64,000 bases of DNA, taken from a virus. Lineage: Duplodnaviria > Caudoviricetes. The DNA lies in the IMG/VR virus record IMGVR_UViG_3300035696_000004, positions 32,001 to 96,000 of that record. One strand, 5' to 3'. Position numbers and translations under genes: made by a program. Each line of letters begins with the position of its first letter. Position 1 is the stretch's first letter. Positions 19,854 to 29,858 of the stretch are shown here, one piece after another. The notes beneath the pieces were generated by a model, which saw only the letters and a program-made list of their open reading frames with translations, was not told the origin of the DNA and searched no databases.

Positions 19854-21458
19854 TTAGATACGACGGATAACTTCTTCTACTTCAAGAAGCAAGTCGATAA
19901 ACTCCGGGTTCTTTTGAACCAACCCGCTAGGGGCAACACGGAGGTGTCGATTGATGCGACTGTGACCGCTAGGCTCACTCTTCGGGATATTCAAATACCC
20001 GCCGACTTCAGCGATCGAGGAATGCAATCGCTTAGACGGATCCGACAAGGCAGCGGTATCATTCTTGCCGCCGGTGGACGAGCTATTTGCCTGAGGCACC
20101 ATCAACGCCGTCATCTTGAATGCTTTGTTGTCTCCCGATGTGGTCGTGGTCGATACTTCACCATGACCTTCACGGATAGCAAACACCGCCCCCATTTTGA
20201 TGTACGTCGTCATCAATTGCTCAATCTCTTTACGCGTGATCGTCTTTCCAGATCGAACCAACGTGCCGAGACGGAAGTAGAAGTTATTGATTTGGTTCAT
20301 CAGTTCCACAAAGACATAATACAGGATACTCAATTCCTTATCATACAGGCTATTGATCTTATCCTTGGAACTGTTGCACCAGTCATTGATACGCTCAATG
20401 ACAATCATGAAGAACTCGTACAGATCGTTGACCGGTAGATTGATCTCCTTGAATTTCTTCTTCATGACTTCGTCGACATACTCATCGAGAGATCCGATGT
20501 GGACGCAGACGTCATCATGAATTTTACCGATGTTAACATTGCCCGAATACAGAATGCGACCCAGGAAGGTTCTCCACATGCGCGGTGTGTCGATTTCATT
20601 GACATCCATTTCATGGGAGAAGTGCTCAGCGATATAGAAGAAACCGCCGACCATGCTCTTCATCGTGAGGGTGAACTTATCCCTCGGAATGACAAGAGCG
20701 ACCTTGCTCGGGAACGAGAACTTGTTGTTGAGGAGCTTGGGACGACTGGAACAAATGACCCAGTCTTCCTTAGGATACTTCTCGCGAGATACAGTATCCA
20801 CCATCTCCACAATCGGTACAGCACCCGCTGTCCTGAGAAAGGCTTCCGAGAACCCGAACTTGCAGAACAGGTAATGCGCCAACGTGGTGTTGCATTTCAC
20901 GGCTGGCTTGATCTCGAGCTTCTGAGGGTTCTTGTTGTAGACCAGTGACCACGGAACTTTGACGCTGTCGATGCAATCATCGACGATCAATTGATGGTCC
21001 AGTCGTTCAATCGTGATCCGTGCACGAATCAGACGAACGAATACACTATCCAGTCCCGGGCTCAATACCCGATCCGCCAAGATAGGGCTGATGACAAACC
21101 GACTACCGCTGATATGGAGAATACCCGCTTCTCCTACAAACGGCAGCTTGATGTACCGAACAATCTCTTCGCCCTTGAAATCGAAGATGTACTTCATCAT
21201 GTAGAAGTCTGTTCGGGCCATGTCGAATACCCGGACATTGCTACGTTTCCGGGTTTCTTCATTGAACTCCTCTTGTGCATCGCACCGCTCACACCGAACA
21301 TATTTCAGTTCAGGTGGAAAGCCTTTCGCCACCGCTCGCCAGACCGAGTTGATGTACGATTCGGATAACTCCATATGCGCAACAGCCAAGCCGTTGGCAA
21401 TGAGAGGATTCAGCTGTGGCGTATCGCCAATAGCAATCTCACTAATAAAATCATCCAT
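19854..21458 (-). CDS. non-virion RNA polymerase beta-type subunit (phiKZ gp123-like)
   Basis: 534 aa; YIKLPFV..GIL.ISGSRF.ISP beta-like motif; position two genes from the major capsid gene as in phiKZ. Confidence 0.75.
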   Translation of the reverse strand: MDDFISEIAIGDTPQLNPLIANGLAVAHMELSESYINSVWRAVAKGFPPELKYVRCERCDAQEEFNEETRKRSNVRVFDMARTDFYMMKYIFDFKGEEIVRYIKLPFVGEAGILHISGSRFVISPILADRVLSPGLDSVFVRLIRARITIERLDHQLIVDDCIDSVKVPWSLVYNKNPQKLEIKPAVKCNTTLAHYLFCKFGFSEAFLRTAGAVPIVEMVDTVSREKYPKEDWVICSSRPKLLNNKFSFPSKVALVIPRDKFTLTMKSMVGGFFYIAEHFSHEMDVNEIDTPRMWRTFLGRILYSGNVNIGKIHDDVCVHIGSLDEYVDEVMKKKFKEINLPVNDLYEFFMIVIERINDWCNSSKDKINSLYDKELSILYYVFVELMNQINNFYFRLGTLVRSGKTITRKEIEQLMTTYIKMGAVFAIREGHGEVSTTTTSGDNKAFKMTALMVPQANSSSTGGKNDTAALSDPSKRLHSSIAEVGGYLNIPKSEPSGHSRINRHLRVAPSGLVQKNPEFIDLLLEVEEVIRRI

Positions 21459-21491
21459 GTGCTTTTCTTTATTTTCAAGTGATGAAACCTG

Positions 21492-22727
21492 TCAGGAGAA
21501 TAGAGAGAAGAACCCCCCTATCACGCTTGTCACGCACGACACCATCAACTTAGCGGTTCCGCTAAAGAAGAGAGCTTTCGCGGCGACAATCGCTGCTCCT
21601 ATCCCAGCAATAGCAATAGGCAACCATTTCAAGACTTCGCTAGAATCTTTCCTTTCGATGGAGAGCGCTTCGTAATGATCTTTCACTCGCGTTTTCTCTA
21701 GAGCCTGTTGATGCTCGAAGCGTGCCCGTGCATCATCCAACTCCTTACTTCGCCGTTCGAGTTCAGCCTCACGTTCTTTCGCCTCAGCCGCTCGCTTATC
21801 TTTGAGACGATCGAGTTCAGCCATTTCACGATCAATTTCGGCCTTACGTGCCGTCAAGTCTAGCCTCGACAAGTTTATCTGATGCTCGAGCTCAGCCAGT
21901 TCCTTTTTCTGATTGGTCTCAATATCCCCATTATTCAATGCATCTTCATGCGTCGAAAAGAGCAACAGACTCTTGAAGGTTTCATCCGACAGTTCGTAGT
22001 ACGTATACGTCGTTCCTCGTTTCCCTGCTTTGAGTTCGTCTGATTTCAAGCTGATGTGGACATAAATCCCATCTTTCTTGGTGAGATCTTTCTTAGGATC
22101 AATCAGGTAAACACTCTTGCAATGATTGTAGTACTTCGATCCGTATATCCCCTTGTTATCGATAAACTCGATACACATCCCAAAGTTGGGCGCATTCAGA
22201 TCAATACTGGTGAGCTTGGCTAACTCCTGGAATCGGCCACCCTGACTGTACGGGTGATGCGGAGCAAAGATCGGCTCTTCTTCCAAACTCAGCACAATAT
22301 CTAGGTCGGGAATATAAATACTCTTACCCGGTGCTTTTAATAGTTCTTCCTCCGTGATACGGAAGTACGATGACACTGAGACCGGACCGTGCTTGCGTGC
22401 GTGACCTGTGTTCAACTGATCACGCATGGCTTGTAATTCCTTTGTATCGCTTTCGTCCACATTCCTCAGCAGACTAATGGCGGCCACCTTACCAGCATCA
22501 TCCAGTGTGACGACCGATCGTATTTCAATCGCTCGTTTCCCTAAACTGTGATCTGGTTTGACGGAGAGTCGTAATCCATTTCGATACGACAAGGTAACGG
22601 GTCTCCCTAACCCATTGAGGTATTCAATAGTTGTCTTTACCGGAACATTGATGTTCGAACGTGACAGCAAGTTCACTTCGTACGGTTCCATGAAATGCGG
22701 GTGTTGCGTAAGCTCAGGATATTGCAT
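21492..22727 (-). CDS. conserved phiKZ-like protein with C-terminal coiled coil and hydrophobic tail
   Basis: 411 aa; E/K/R-rich coiled coil, then WLPIAIAGIGAAIVAA; lies between the capsid and nvRNAP genes. Confidence 0.7.
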   Translation of the reverse strand: MQYPELTQHPHFMEPYEVNLLSRSNINVPVKTTIEYLNGLGRPVTLSYRNGLRLSVKPDHSLGKRAIEIRSVVTLDDAGKVAAISLLRNVDESDTKELQAMRDQLNTGHARKHGPVSVSSYFRITEEELLKAPGKSIYIPDLDIVLSLEEEPIFAPHHPYSQGGRFQELAKLTSIDLNAPNFGMCIEFIDNKGIYGSKYYNHCKSVYLIDPKKDLTKKDGIYVHISLKSDELKAGKRGTTYTYYELSDETFKSLLLFSTHEDALNNGDIETNQKKELAELEHQINLSRLDLTARKAEIDREMAELDRLKDKRAAEAKEREAELERRSKELDDARARFEHQQALEKTRVKDHYEALSIERKDSSEVLKWLPIAIAGIGAAIVAAKALFFSGTAKLMVSCVTSVIGGFFSLFS

Positions 22728-22886
22728 TTTTTATTCCTGGTATTCTCGAGGGTACTGAAGGCCGCTAGGCTCTTTTTGCTTTTCGGTCTAGCGTGACAGG
22801 GAAATCGGGCCTCCTTTATCGGAGCGAATAATATTCATGGCAGTATAAGAACTCCTTGGGCTGGATTCAAAGGGACTATCTTTTTA

Positions 22887-22910
22887 GTAATATATGTTTG
22901 AAATATTCTA
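22887..22910 (-). promoter_or_regulatory. early-type promoter (TTCAA-N3-TATATTAC)
   Basis: Minus strand TAGAATATTTCAAACATATATTAC; TATATTAC is the published phiKZ early core; upstream of the nvRNAP operon. Confidence 0.7.
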
Positions 22911-22932
22911 CATGGCGGCATAAGGGCATAAA

Positions 22933-22966
22933 TCCCTCTCTCCACTCGAAAGAGTGGAGAGAGGGA
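22933..22966 (-). terminator. terminator after the major capsid gene
   Basis: 15-bp perfect stem TCCCTCTCTCCACTC / GAGTGGAGAGAGGGA. Confidence 0.8.
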
Positions 22967-23013
22967 CCAGCCCCAATAGCTGAACTTCAACAGCAAGTCA
23001 TTACTGGAACGGA

Positions 23014-25257
23014 TTACACCGTGGTTTCTGCGGCAGCACCGGACGGTACAGCAACAGTCGCCACTTCCAGGGCAACCTTCGAAGCCACCACGTCCTGGAT
23101 ACCCTTCACGTTCAGCACGCCCATGATCGGGGTGTTGACAACGTGACGGAACGACGGTTGTACCGTCAGTTCCTTCGAGGTCTGACCGCCACGGGCGATC
23201 GGCAGTACGGTAGCGACTTCCGGCTTCCAGGCCATGTTACCGAAGTGCAGCGGGTTCGGTACACCATCCTTTTCACCGAATTCACCGAACGCGAAGATGA
23301 TCTTGCCGATCATGTTCTTGTTCATGGTGGACACGATCTTCACATCGAATTCCGGCCCGAACAGGCGGGTATCACCCATGATCTGGAGATACTTGGCCAG
23401 TACGATGTCGGTACCGATGATCACGGTCGGGTTCTTGTCGACACCGCCGTTGATGGCGGTAGCGGCAGCCTTGTAACCGGAGTCACGATAGGCACGATAC
23501 ACCATGTCGCGCAGCTGGTTGATGAAGAGTGCGTGCAGGTCGGAGATGCGATCGGCAGTGGTCAGCGAGTCGAGTTTCATCGACACGTCGAACGGCAGTT
23601 CTTCGAAGAACGGAGTCAGCACGAAACGGCTGATACCCAGCATTTCCGAATCTTCGGTGACCGGCAGGCCGGAGTTCGAAGAGATGTATTCAGCCAGGAC
23701 ATCACGGGTTTCCAGCAGCTTGGCCACGGCCGCATTCGAGGTACGAATGTGGGTGGTGGTGATCAGCGCCGCCAGATCCAGTGCATCGTTTTGGTCACCG
23801 ACGGTCACCGGACGAGCGATGGTGATCGGAGCGAGCAGCGGCACTTGGTAGATCATCTTGAAGTTGGTCAGGTCCAGACGTTGACCGATTTCACGACGGT
23901 TGCTGTTGACGCGACGAGCTTCCACGTCCCAACCGAAGGCATTGCCCGATGCGAACAGGTTCGCAAAGGCCAGGCCTTGGCCGGTGGTCAGATCCATGAC
24001 GTTGCCGTCAGCATCCTTGATTTCGTACGCGCTCACCTTGCCAGCCGACGTGGTGCAGTCGGCGATTTCGAGGTTCAGGTCACCCGTCACCATCACCGCC
24101 AGACGAGCCGAATAGCCGCCAGCAACGAACTGAGCCAGGAGCTTGGAAGCCGAACCATCGATCAGGGTGGTATTCGAGTTCACCGGCAGAGCCTGGGTGT
24201 TGAAGTTCATCACCATACGGCGATAGTTGGCTTGCGGGGCGTACGTGAAGGTAGCACCGGTCATTTGGGCGACGCTCTTGAACTTCACGACTTCGGTCAC
24301 GGCGGCGCCGGTGCTGTCGGTACCGGTGAAGCTCATGTACAGCGCGCTCATGTTGACAGCGGAGTCCAGAGCATCCAGCGGGCCGAGCAGGCCGTTGGCG
24401 ATCAGGGCCGGGGTTTGCGACAGACCCAGCAGGTTCAGCGAGACGCCGATGGCCAGCGGGGCAGTCGAAACGGTTTCGCCTTCTTCGGTGACGATGTTCT
24501 TCGGAGCAACCAGGCTCGGAGATACGAACTTGTTGGCGGACGAATCCTGATACACCGGAACGAGACGGGTGGTGTCGTTCTTCAGGATATCGGGATCGAT
24601 CAGCGCAAACACGACGTTCTTCTTGCGGAAGTTCCGTTCGATGTCGCCGGAGATGTCGCGCTTGAAGTCGTCGTAGACTTGGACCAGGTTCATGGACACG
24701 GTGTAGCCGACTTGGTCGGGGGTCACGGTCACGGTCGGGAAGAAGGCTTCACCGAACTCGTCCTGGCGAGCAGCTTGCATGTTGTACGCGGTGGTGTAGA
24801 CCACGGCGTCTTTGTTGGCACGTTCGTCGTAGGCTTCGAGAGCCGGACGGATACGACGTTCCAGGCCGCCGGAAGCGGGCATCACGGACGCGGATTCCAT
24901 GGCCGGCAGCGCGCGTTGCAGCGGCGAAGCCAGGAAGCCTTGCATGTCGGCGGAAATCAGGGCACCGGTACGAGCCGCTTCTTTTTGAGCAGCGGTCAGC
25001 TTCAGGCCGCGAATGGAGGCGTCGTCGCCACCGAAGTTGTTGACCAGGTTTTCCAGAGCGGTGTTGAAACCATTGATTTCGGTTTCGAGTTCATGCAGAT
25101 CCGGTTCGCTGAGGCTCTCGAACGAAACGGACAGCACTTTGTTTGCGGTCTTTTGCGAAACGAAAGAACCACCTTGGCCGTTCATCGCATCACGGAGGTT
25201 GCGAACCAGGGCGCCCAGGCTGCGGCCGTTTTTGGGTTTTTCCTTGAAAATGCTCAT
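23014..25257 (-). CDS. major capsid protein (phiKZ gp120-like)
   Basis: 747 aa; ALEAYDE putative maturation site; QDEFGEAFFPTV and HFGNMAWKPE motifs; extreme codon bias indicating high expression. Confidence 0.9.
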   Translation of the reverse strand: MSIFKEKPKNGRSLGALVRNLRDAMNGQGGSFVSQKTANKVLSVSFESLSEPDLHELETEINGFNTALENLVNNFGGDDASIRGLKLTAAQKEAARTGALISADMQGFLASPLQRALPAMESASVMPASGGLERRIRPALEAYDERANKDAVVYTTAYNMQAARQDEFGEAFFPTVTVTPDQVGYTVSMNLVQVYDDFKRDISGDIERNFRKKNVVFALIDPDILKNDTTRLVPVYQDSSANKFVSPSLVAPKNIVTEEGETVSTAPLAIGVSLNLLGLSQTPALIANGLLGPLDALDSAVNMSALYMSFTGTDSTGAAVTEVVKFKSVAQMTGATFTYAPQANYRRMVMNFNTQALPVNSNTTLIDGSASKLLAQFVAGGYSARLAVMVTGDLNLEIADCTTSAGKVSAYEIKDADGNVMDLTTGQGLAFANLFASGNAFGWDVEARRVNSNRREIGQRLDLTNFKMIYQVPLLAPITIARPVTVGDQNDALDLAALITTTHIRTSNAAVAKLLETRDVLAEYISSNSGLPVTEDSEMLGISRFVLTPFFEELPFDVSMKLDSLTTADRISDLHALFINQLRDMVYRAYRDSGYKAAATAINGGVDKNPTVIIGTDIVLAKYLQIMGDTRLFGPEFDVKIVSTMNKNMIGKIIFAFGEFGEKDGVPNPLHFGNMAWKPEVATVLPIARGGQTSKELTVQPSFRHVVNTPIMGVLNVKGIQDVVASKVALEVATVAVPSGAAAETTV

Positions 25258-25321
25258 TGCTGTCTTCCTTGCACAGTTGAAGGGATGCTTTTGGGGGCTT
25301 CAAAAACAACTACATCCGGCT

Positions 25322-25912
25322 TTAATTCAAGAGTCGGAGGTAGAGGTCAAACCATTTCGTCTTCGCAACCTCATTGTAAGGGCGATACATAGTAAGTAGC
25401 AGCAGTATCTTCCTCATGAGCGCCAGACGACGTTCCGAAATAGGCAGAGCTCCGGTGTCGCCAGGGTTGATTGAGAAGAACGAAGGATAAAGAACAAACA
25501 TGCCAAATTCACGACATGCGTCATAATCAATAAACAAGGCTCCGGGCACGTCCTCACGACTTTGGTAGGCCGTGTTGTAACCGTTGCCCTGGAACAGACG
25601 AGCATTGAACTCGTTGTCGACGTCTTCGGAGCGAGCCAAGAGTTCATCGATCTCGTTGAGTACGACCATCTCACCGATACGTTCAGCACCTGTCCGCCAT
25701 GCGCAGTACAGAGTGTCTTCAAAGACGTCGTCGCACTTGACGCCTATAATATCCGTGATTTTCCGCTGGAGCCTGAGAAAGCAGGCCATATCGAATTTCG
25801 ACAGGCACCGTCTGGCTTTCTCATAATCGAGTAAATCCTCGCACGAAAGCTTGCTTCGTTTGCGGGCTTCATCGACCCAGGGCGGTATAAAAAGGATCAA
25901 TTTATCTGCCAT
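25322..25912 (-). CDS. capsid-adjacent protein (phiKZ gp119-like position)
   Basis: 196-aa ORF between the capsid gene and DnaB; synteny. Confidence 0.65.
   Translation of the reverse strand: MADKLILFIPPWVDEARKRSKLSCEDLLDYEKARRCLSKFDMACFLRLQRKITDIIGVKCDDVFEDTLYCAWRTGAERIGEMVVLNEIDELLARSEDVDNEFNARLFQGNGYNTAYQSREDVPGALFIDYDACREFGMFVLYPSFFSINPGDTGALPISERRLALMRKILLLLTMYRPYNEVAKTKWFDLYLRLLN
25388..25395 (-). promoter_or_regulatory. candidate late promoter (TTACTATG) for the capsid gene
   Basis: TATG is the phiKZ late consensus; similar (A/T)TACTATG near 26020 (minus) and 3343 (plus), each upstream of a structural gene. Confidence 0.4.
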
Positions 25913-26112
25913 CGGGTGGTTACCTCAAATAGTAGAAATATTTTTTATCTACCACTGCCATTATGTATGAACCGAGCTAAAATCGCATACCTTCCGATAC
26001 CCTGGCACTGGACCGTGTTGTCATAGTAATATTGCCTAGGGATCCCTTCTATAGAGTGGTTTGATACCTCAATCAAACTCAAGATCAACGCACCTCTTCG
26101 ACGACAATAAAA

Positions 26113-27669
26113 ATGAATTCGAAATTACTCCTTGTCAAAAGCATCACTCTCTTGTACAGAGAGTCACAGCTGACCACGAAGAATGATCGCTCTGTGGGTC
26201 TCGTCCGAGAAGTCACTCGGAAGATCAAAGCACCCGAGATCAACCTAGGCCTCGATCCAGAAGCTGAAACCATAGAAGGCTTGAAGCAAACCGTACTCGC
26301 TATGTGCGAAGATGGTGACGAAACAGAATACGAGATTACCGAGCTCCTCCAGCGAGTGAAGGTCGCCGCAGGTGAGGATGCTACGCTCTACGATGCTATT
26401 AAAGATGGTCTCACAGCTAATCTGGAAGAGCAAGGGATCAAGAAAGCCTGTATCAGTCTGCGTCGTGCTATTCAAAAGCACTTTCGAGACGAGGCCGTCA
26501 AAGAAATCATCGGCAAAGCCAGCGTCAAGCTGAAATTCAATCCGGATGATATTCCGGACATGAAAGACTTTGTTCAAGAGCTCTGCACGCAACTGGAACC
26601 GTTTCAAGGTGATGTGACGGGAGCGAATGATCCGGCCATCATTTCGGAAGTCGACTTCGATAACGATGATTCGATCGCTGAGATTTTCAGTGTCATCCGA
26701 AAAGATGAAGATGGCACAGGGATCATGCGCACCGGATGGCAAGCACTCAATCGAATGATCCGTGGGGGATTTCGTCGAGGAGAGTGCGCCGTCGTCTCAG
26801 CGTTGCAACACAACTTCAAAACAGGGATGATGATCAGCCTCTTCCGGCAGTTTGCGCTGTATAACAAACCGGAGATGCTGGATCCGACCAAGAAACCCAT
26901 GTTGCTGTTCTTCTCCTTCGAGAACGAAATCAGCACAAACACGCACCTCCTTTATAAGTACATGAAGGAGAACGAGACAGGTGTCGAAGTCACACCTCAA
27001 GAGATCGAGCAGATGTCGGATGCCGAGATGGCAGCCTATACGCGTGAACGTATGGCAGTCAACGGCTACCACAGTCGCATGATCCGGATCAACCCAAGTC
27101 TGTGGACCTATAACGATGTCTTTAATAAGATCATCGAAATTGAGTCCGAGGGCTACGAGATCCATGTCTTGATCCTTGACTACCTCGCCATGCTCCCAAC
27201 GACCGGATGTCGAACAGGGACGATTGGTGAGGACATTCGTGATCTCTTCCGACGCTGCCGTAACTTCTGCTCAGCACGAAAGATTTGCATGATCACCCCG
27301 CATCAAATTTCGACGGATGCCAAGCAGTTGGTCCGCGATGGTGTCAACGAGTTTGTGAAACAGATTGCCAACAAGGGATATTACGACGGTTGCCGTCGTC
27401 TTGACCAAGAAGTCGATCTGGAAATCTACATGCATATCGAGATTGTCAATGACCTGTCTTTCTTGACCTTGCAGCGTGGTAAGCATCGTACCGTCGTGGG
27501 ACAGACACCTCGTGAACACCTCTATACGGTCTTGCCATTCGAAAAGGTGGCGGCGATACCGGATGATGTCGATAAACACGACAGAAGTCGAAGGAAGCCT
27601 GGAGCAGGACCGCGTGGTGCGGCAAATGAACAGCCGGTCTGGATGACCGATATGGAAATGGCTGCATAA
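26113..27669 (+). CDS. dnaB: DnaB-like replicative helicase (phiKZ gp118-like)
   Basis: GFRRGE...SALQHNFKT Walker A variant typical of phiKZ helicases; LILDYL Walker B; TPHQ; QEVDLE..RGKHR. Confidence 0.88.
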   Translation: MNSKLLLVKSITLLYRESQLTTKNDRSVGLVREVTRKIKAPEINLGLDPEAETIEGLKQTVLAMCEDGDETEYEITELLQRVKVAAGEDATLYDAIKDGLTANLEEQGIKKACISLRRAIQKHFRDEAVKEIIGKASVKLKFNPDDIPDMKDFVQELCTQLEPFQGDVTGANDPAIISEVDFDNDDSIAEIFSVIRKDEDGTGIMRTGWQALNRMIRGGFRRGECAVVSALQHNFKTGMMISLFRQFALYNKPEMLDPTKKPMLLFFSFENEISTNTHLLYKYMKENETGVEVTPQEIEQMSDAEMAAYTRERMAVNGYHSRMIRINPSLWTYNDVFNKIIEIESEGYEIHVLILDYLAMLPTTGCRTGTIGEDIRDLFRRCRNFCSARKICMITPHQISTDAKQLVRDGVNEFVKQIANKGYYDGCRRLDQEVDLEIYMHIEIVNDLSFLTLQRGKHRTVVGQTPREHLYTVLPFEKVAAIPDDVDKHDRSRRKPGAGPRGAANEQPVWMTDMEMAA

Positions 27670-27676
27670 AGCAGCC

Positions 27677-27710
27677 GGCAGGGACGGGCATTCCGTCCCT
27701 GCCCCCTATG
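27677..27710 (+). terminator. hairpin after dnaB
   Basis: GGCAGGGACGG-GCATT-CCGTCCCTGCC followed by TATG. Confidence 0.7.
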
Positions 27711-27726
27711 ACACGGAGAATAAAAA

Positions 27727-29010
27727 ATGGTACAATTTTGCGATACGAACATGATTCCACCCAACCCGAAAATAGCCGTTGTTCTGTTGGGCGTTCGGAA
27801 ACTCAATATCTGGGACGCAGTATTACGACCGAAGCTCATCGAGGACATCAGGATTCTCTTTGAAGAAAAGGTGGTCATAGTTTCTGGATTAACACCCGGA
27901 GGTATTGAACCCGATTCGGATGCGGCGATCGTAAAACCGAAGGTGGTCGTCGGTTTCAGCAAAGACTACAGCCCAGTGGAGACGATCCAGTGGATGGAAT
28001 CGATGAAAGACGGTCTCCGATACGACATCTTGTTCATTGAAACGAATGATACGTATTCGGACGTCGGTCGAGTATGGTTTTGTTCGGACATTAGTTTCCA
28101 AAGCGTATCAACAATACCTGAGTTCGAGAAGCCAGCAAGAACCCTGAAGTTCAGTTCTAACAACCTGAGTAAGGCGCCGCCTCGTAAGTTTGTTGAAACA
28201 CTTCTGCGTAAGTTCAAAAACAAACAGTCTGGCGAAAAAGAGACCGAAGATTCGATCGGTATTCCCGGTATCCCGTATCACATCGATGAAGGTCATGTAT
28301 TTGGTCCGGTTCGGTCCATCATGAAGTTTGTCGACATCATGGACGCGATCAAACTCACTTCCCGCGATATCTCCATCAGAGCCACTCCAACCGAGGCGCC
28401 TCCGGCTGAAGTTAGTGCCGCTGTCAGAAAAATCAAAATGGATTTTGAAGACACGGTCAAAAATGCACCGTATGTTCCTTCCCAACTGAACGTCTTGGTT
28501 CTGGATGTACATGAACCGGTAGGAGAGGGTGACAGAGATCTTGAGGAACACGAGAACTTCAAGCAAGCATTCAAAGCCGTGGTTGAAACGCAAGCGATCA
28601 AGATTACGGGGTTCAATACGCATTACGAACCCAGTCCGGGGAACCCCGAATATCTTGACAATATGGCGGAACCTTCGTTTACGTTCTGCGAATCCTTCGG
28701 AAAGCCCATTACGCGCATGACAACGCGGATGGCAAACTTCTCCAAAGACCTCTCGTACGACATGATCATCTTTGAACTGGACGTCACAAAGACGATCGTC
28801 CAAGACGCTTGGTTGTGTCGTGGGATGACGCTCAGGAAAGTGGATGGGTTCACCGCTGAACGTGATCTGGAACGTGGTGTTTCGAAAGGCAACAAAACAC
28901 CGTGGGTGCGCATTACATTCAAACCCGTCAGGACCGAACGAGGAGAGTACGCTAACGACGTGGCCCAAAAAGAATTCAATGCGCAGATCACGGAGAAAGC
29001 ACCGGATTAG
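27727..29010 (+). CDS. hypothetical protein with an internal domain duplication
   Basis: 427 aa; KDGLRYDILFIE..WFC versus KDLSYDMIIFE..WLC. Confidence 0.75.
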   Translation: MVQFCDTNMIPPNPKIAVVLLGVRKLNIWDAVLRPKLIEDIRILFEEKVVIVSGLTPGGIEPDSDAAIVKPKVVVGFSKDYSPVETIQWMESMKDGLRYDILFIETNDTYSDVGRVWFCSDISFQSVSTIPEFEKPARTLKFSSNNLSKAPPRKFVETLLRKFKNKQSGEKETEDSIGIPGIPYHIDEGHVFGPVRSIMKFVDIMDAIKLTSRDISIRATPTEAPPAEVSAAVRKIKMDFEDTVKNAPYVPSQLNVLVLDVHEPVGEGDRDLEEHENFKQAFKAVVETQAIKITGFNTHYEPSPGNPEYLDNMAEPSFTFCESFGKPITRMTTRMANFSKDLSYDMIIFELDVTKTIVQDAWLCRGMTLRKVDGFTAERDLERGVSKGNKTPWVRITFKPVRTERGEYANDVAQKEFNAQITEKAPD

Positions 29011-29030
29011 ATCTCAAGATCTTTTTTAAG

Positions 29031-29059
29031 AAAGAGGGCGCCTTCGGGCCCCTCTTTTT
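29031..29059 (+). terminator. rho-independent terminator
   Basis: AAAGAGGGC GCC-TTCG-GGC CCCTCTTTTT. Confidence 0.75.
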
Positions 29060-29109
29060 ATGCTTGCAGATCTCAATTTTATGATCATTGATAACTAGAG
29101 GTTCCCCCC

Positions 29110-29853
29110 ATGTCTGCCGTAGACACTTTGAAGGAGCATTCTCGTTCCTATTCCGAATTAGTACGACGCAATATCCAGTTTGTTACTCCGGCAGATGTCC
29201 CTGATGGACGCCTCTACCATATTTCGACCAATACGGACATCAAGAGCTTTGTCCCGTTAATCGGTCGTAGACAGATGCTGAAGGAAGATAGGACTGTCCC
29301 TCGGATTTGTACCGCAGCAACGCTCCTAGGGTGCTTTATAGGCTACACAAAGGCACTCTCGTCTGACTTTCGCATCCCTTCCACGGGTAAGGAAGAAAAC
29401 GAGTTCTATAAAGGAGGCTGGAAGATCTACGGTTTTCCTTTTGAAGCCGGTATTCGTCCGAAGGAAGCACTGCTCCCCGATGGAGACGAAAGCGATGAGC
29501 ACTGGCTCGTCTCTTACGATCAAGCGACTGCCGAATATGAACCGGTCGTGATCGGTAAAATGTTCATTCGAGAAATTCGAATGGTGGCCACGTCCGGGAA
29601 ACGTCCAAAGACCGATATCCAGCTGTACCTCGAGAACATGAGTGATGCCCCGGTCTCTTTTTCGAAACGTCTCGTATTAGAACCTGGCTACCACTGCGTC
29701 ACTGGTCCTGGTTTTAATGAGGTCAGTCATTGGGCCGATGATGCCGAGTACCAAGATAGCATCATCAGTAAAACCGAATACACGGAAGCAAAACTCCATT
29801 GTGCCAACCTCCTGGGTCTAGAAGATCAGATGCCAGGCTTCTTCAAATGGTGA
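29110..29853 (+). CDS. conserved jumbo-phage protein (YHIS...EDRTVPRIC motif)
   Basis: 247-aa ORF heading the inner-head operon. Confidence 0.7.
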   Translation: MSAVDTLKEHSRSYSELVRRNIQFVTPADVPDGRLYHISTNTDIKSFVPLIGRRQMLKEDRTVPRICTAATLLGCFIGYTKALSSDFRIPSTGKEENEFYKGGWKIYGFPFEAGIRPKEALLPDGDESDEHWLVSYDQATAEYEPVVIGKMFIREIRMVATSGKRPKTDIQLYLENMSDAPVSFSKRLVLEPGYHCVTGPGFNEVSHWADDAEYQDSIISKTEYTEAKLHCANLLGLEDQMPGFFKW

Positions 29854-29858
29854 CAGAA

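Noticed and set aside
23143-25392. 749-aa plus-strand ORF
   Set aside because: Exact antisense shadow of the codon-biased major capsid gene; no protein-like motifs
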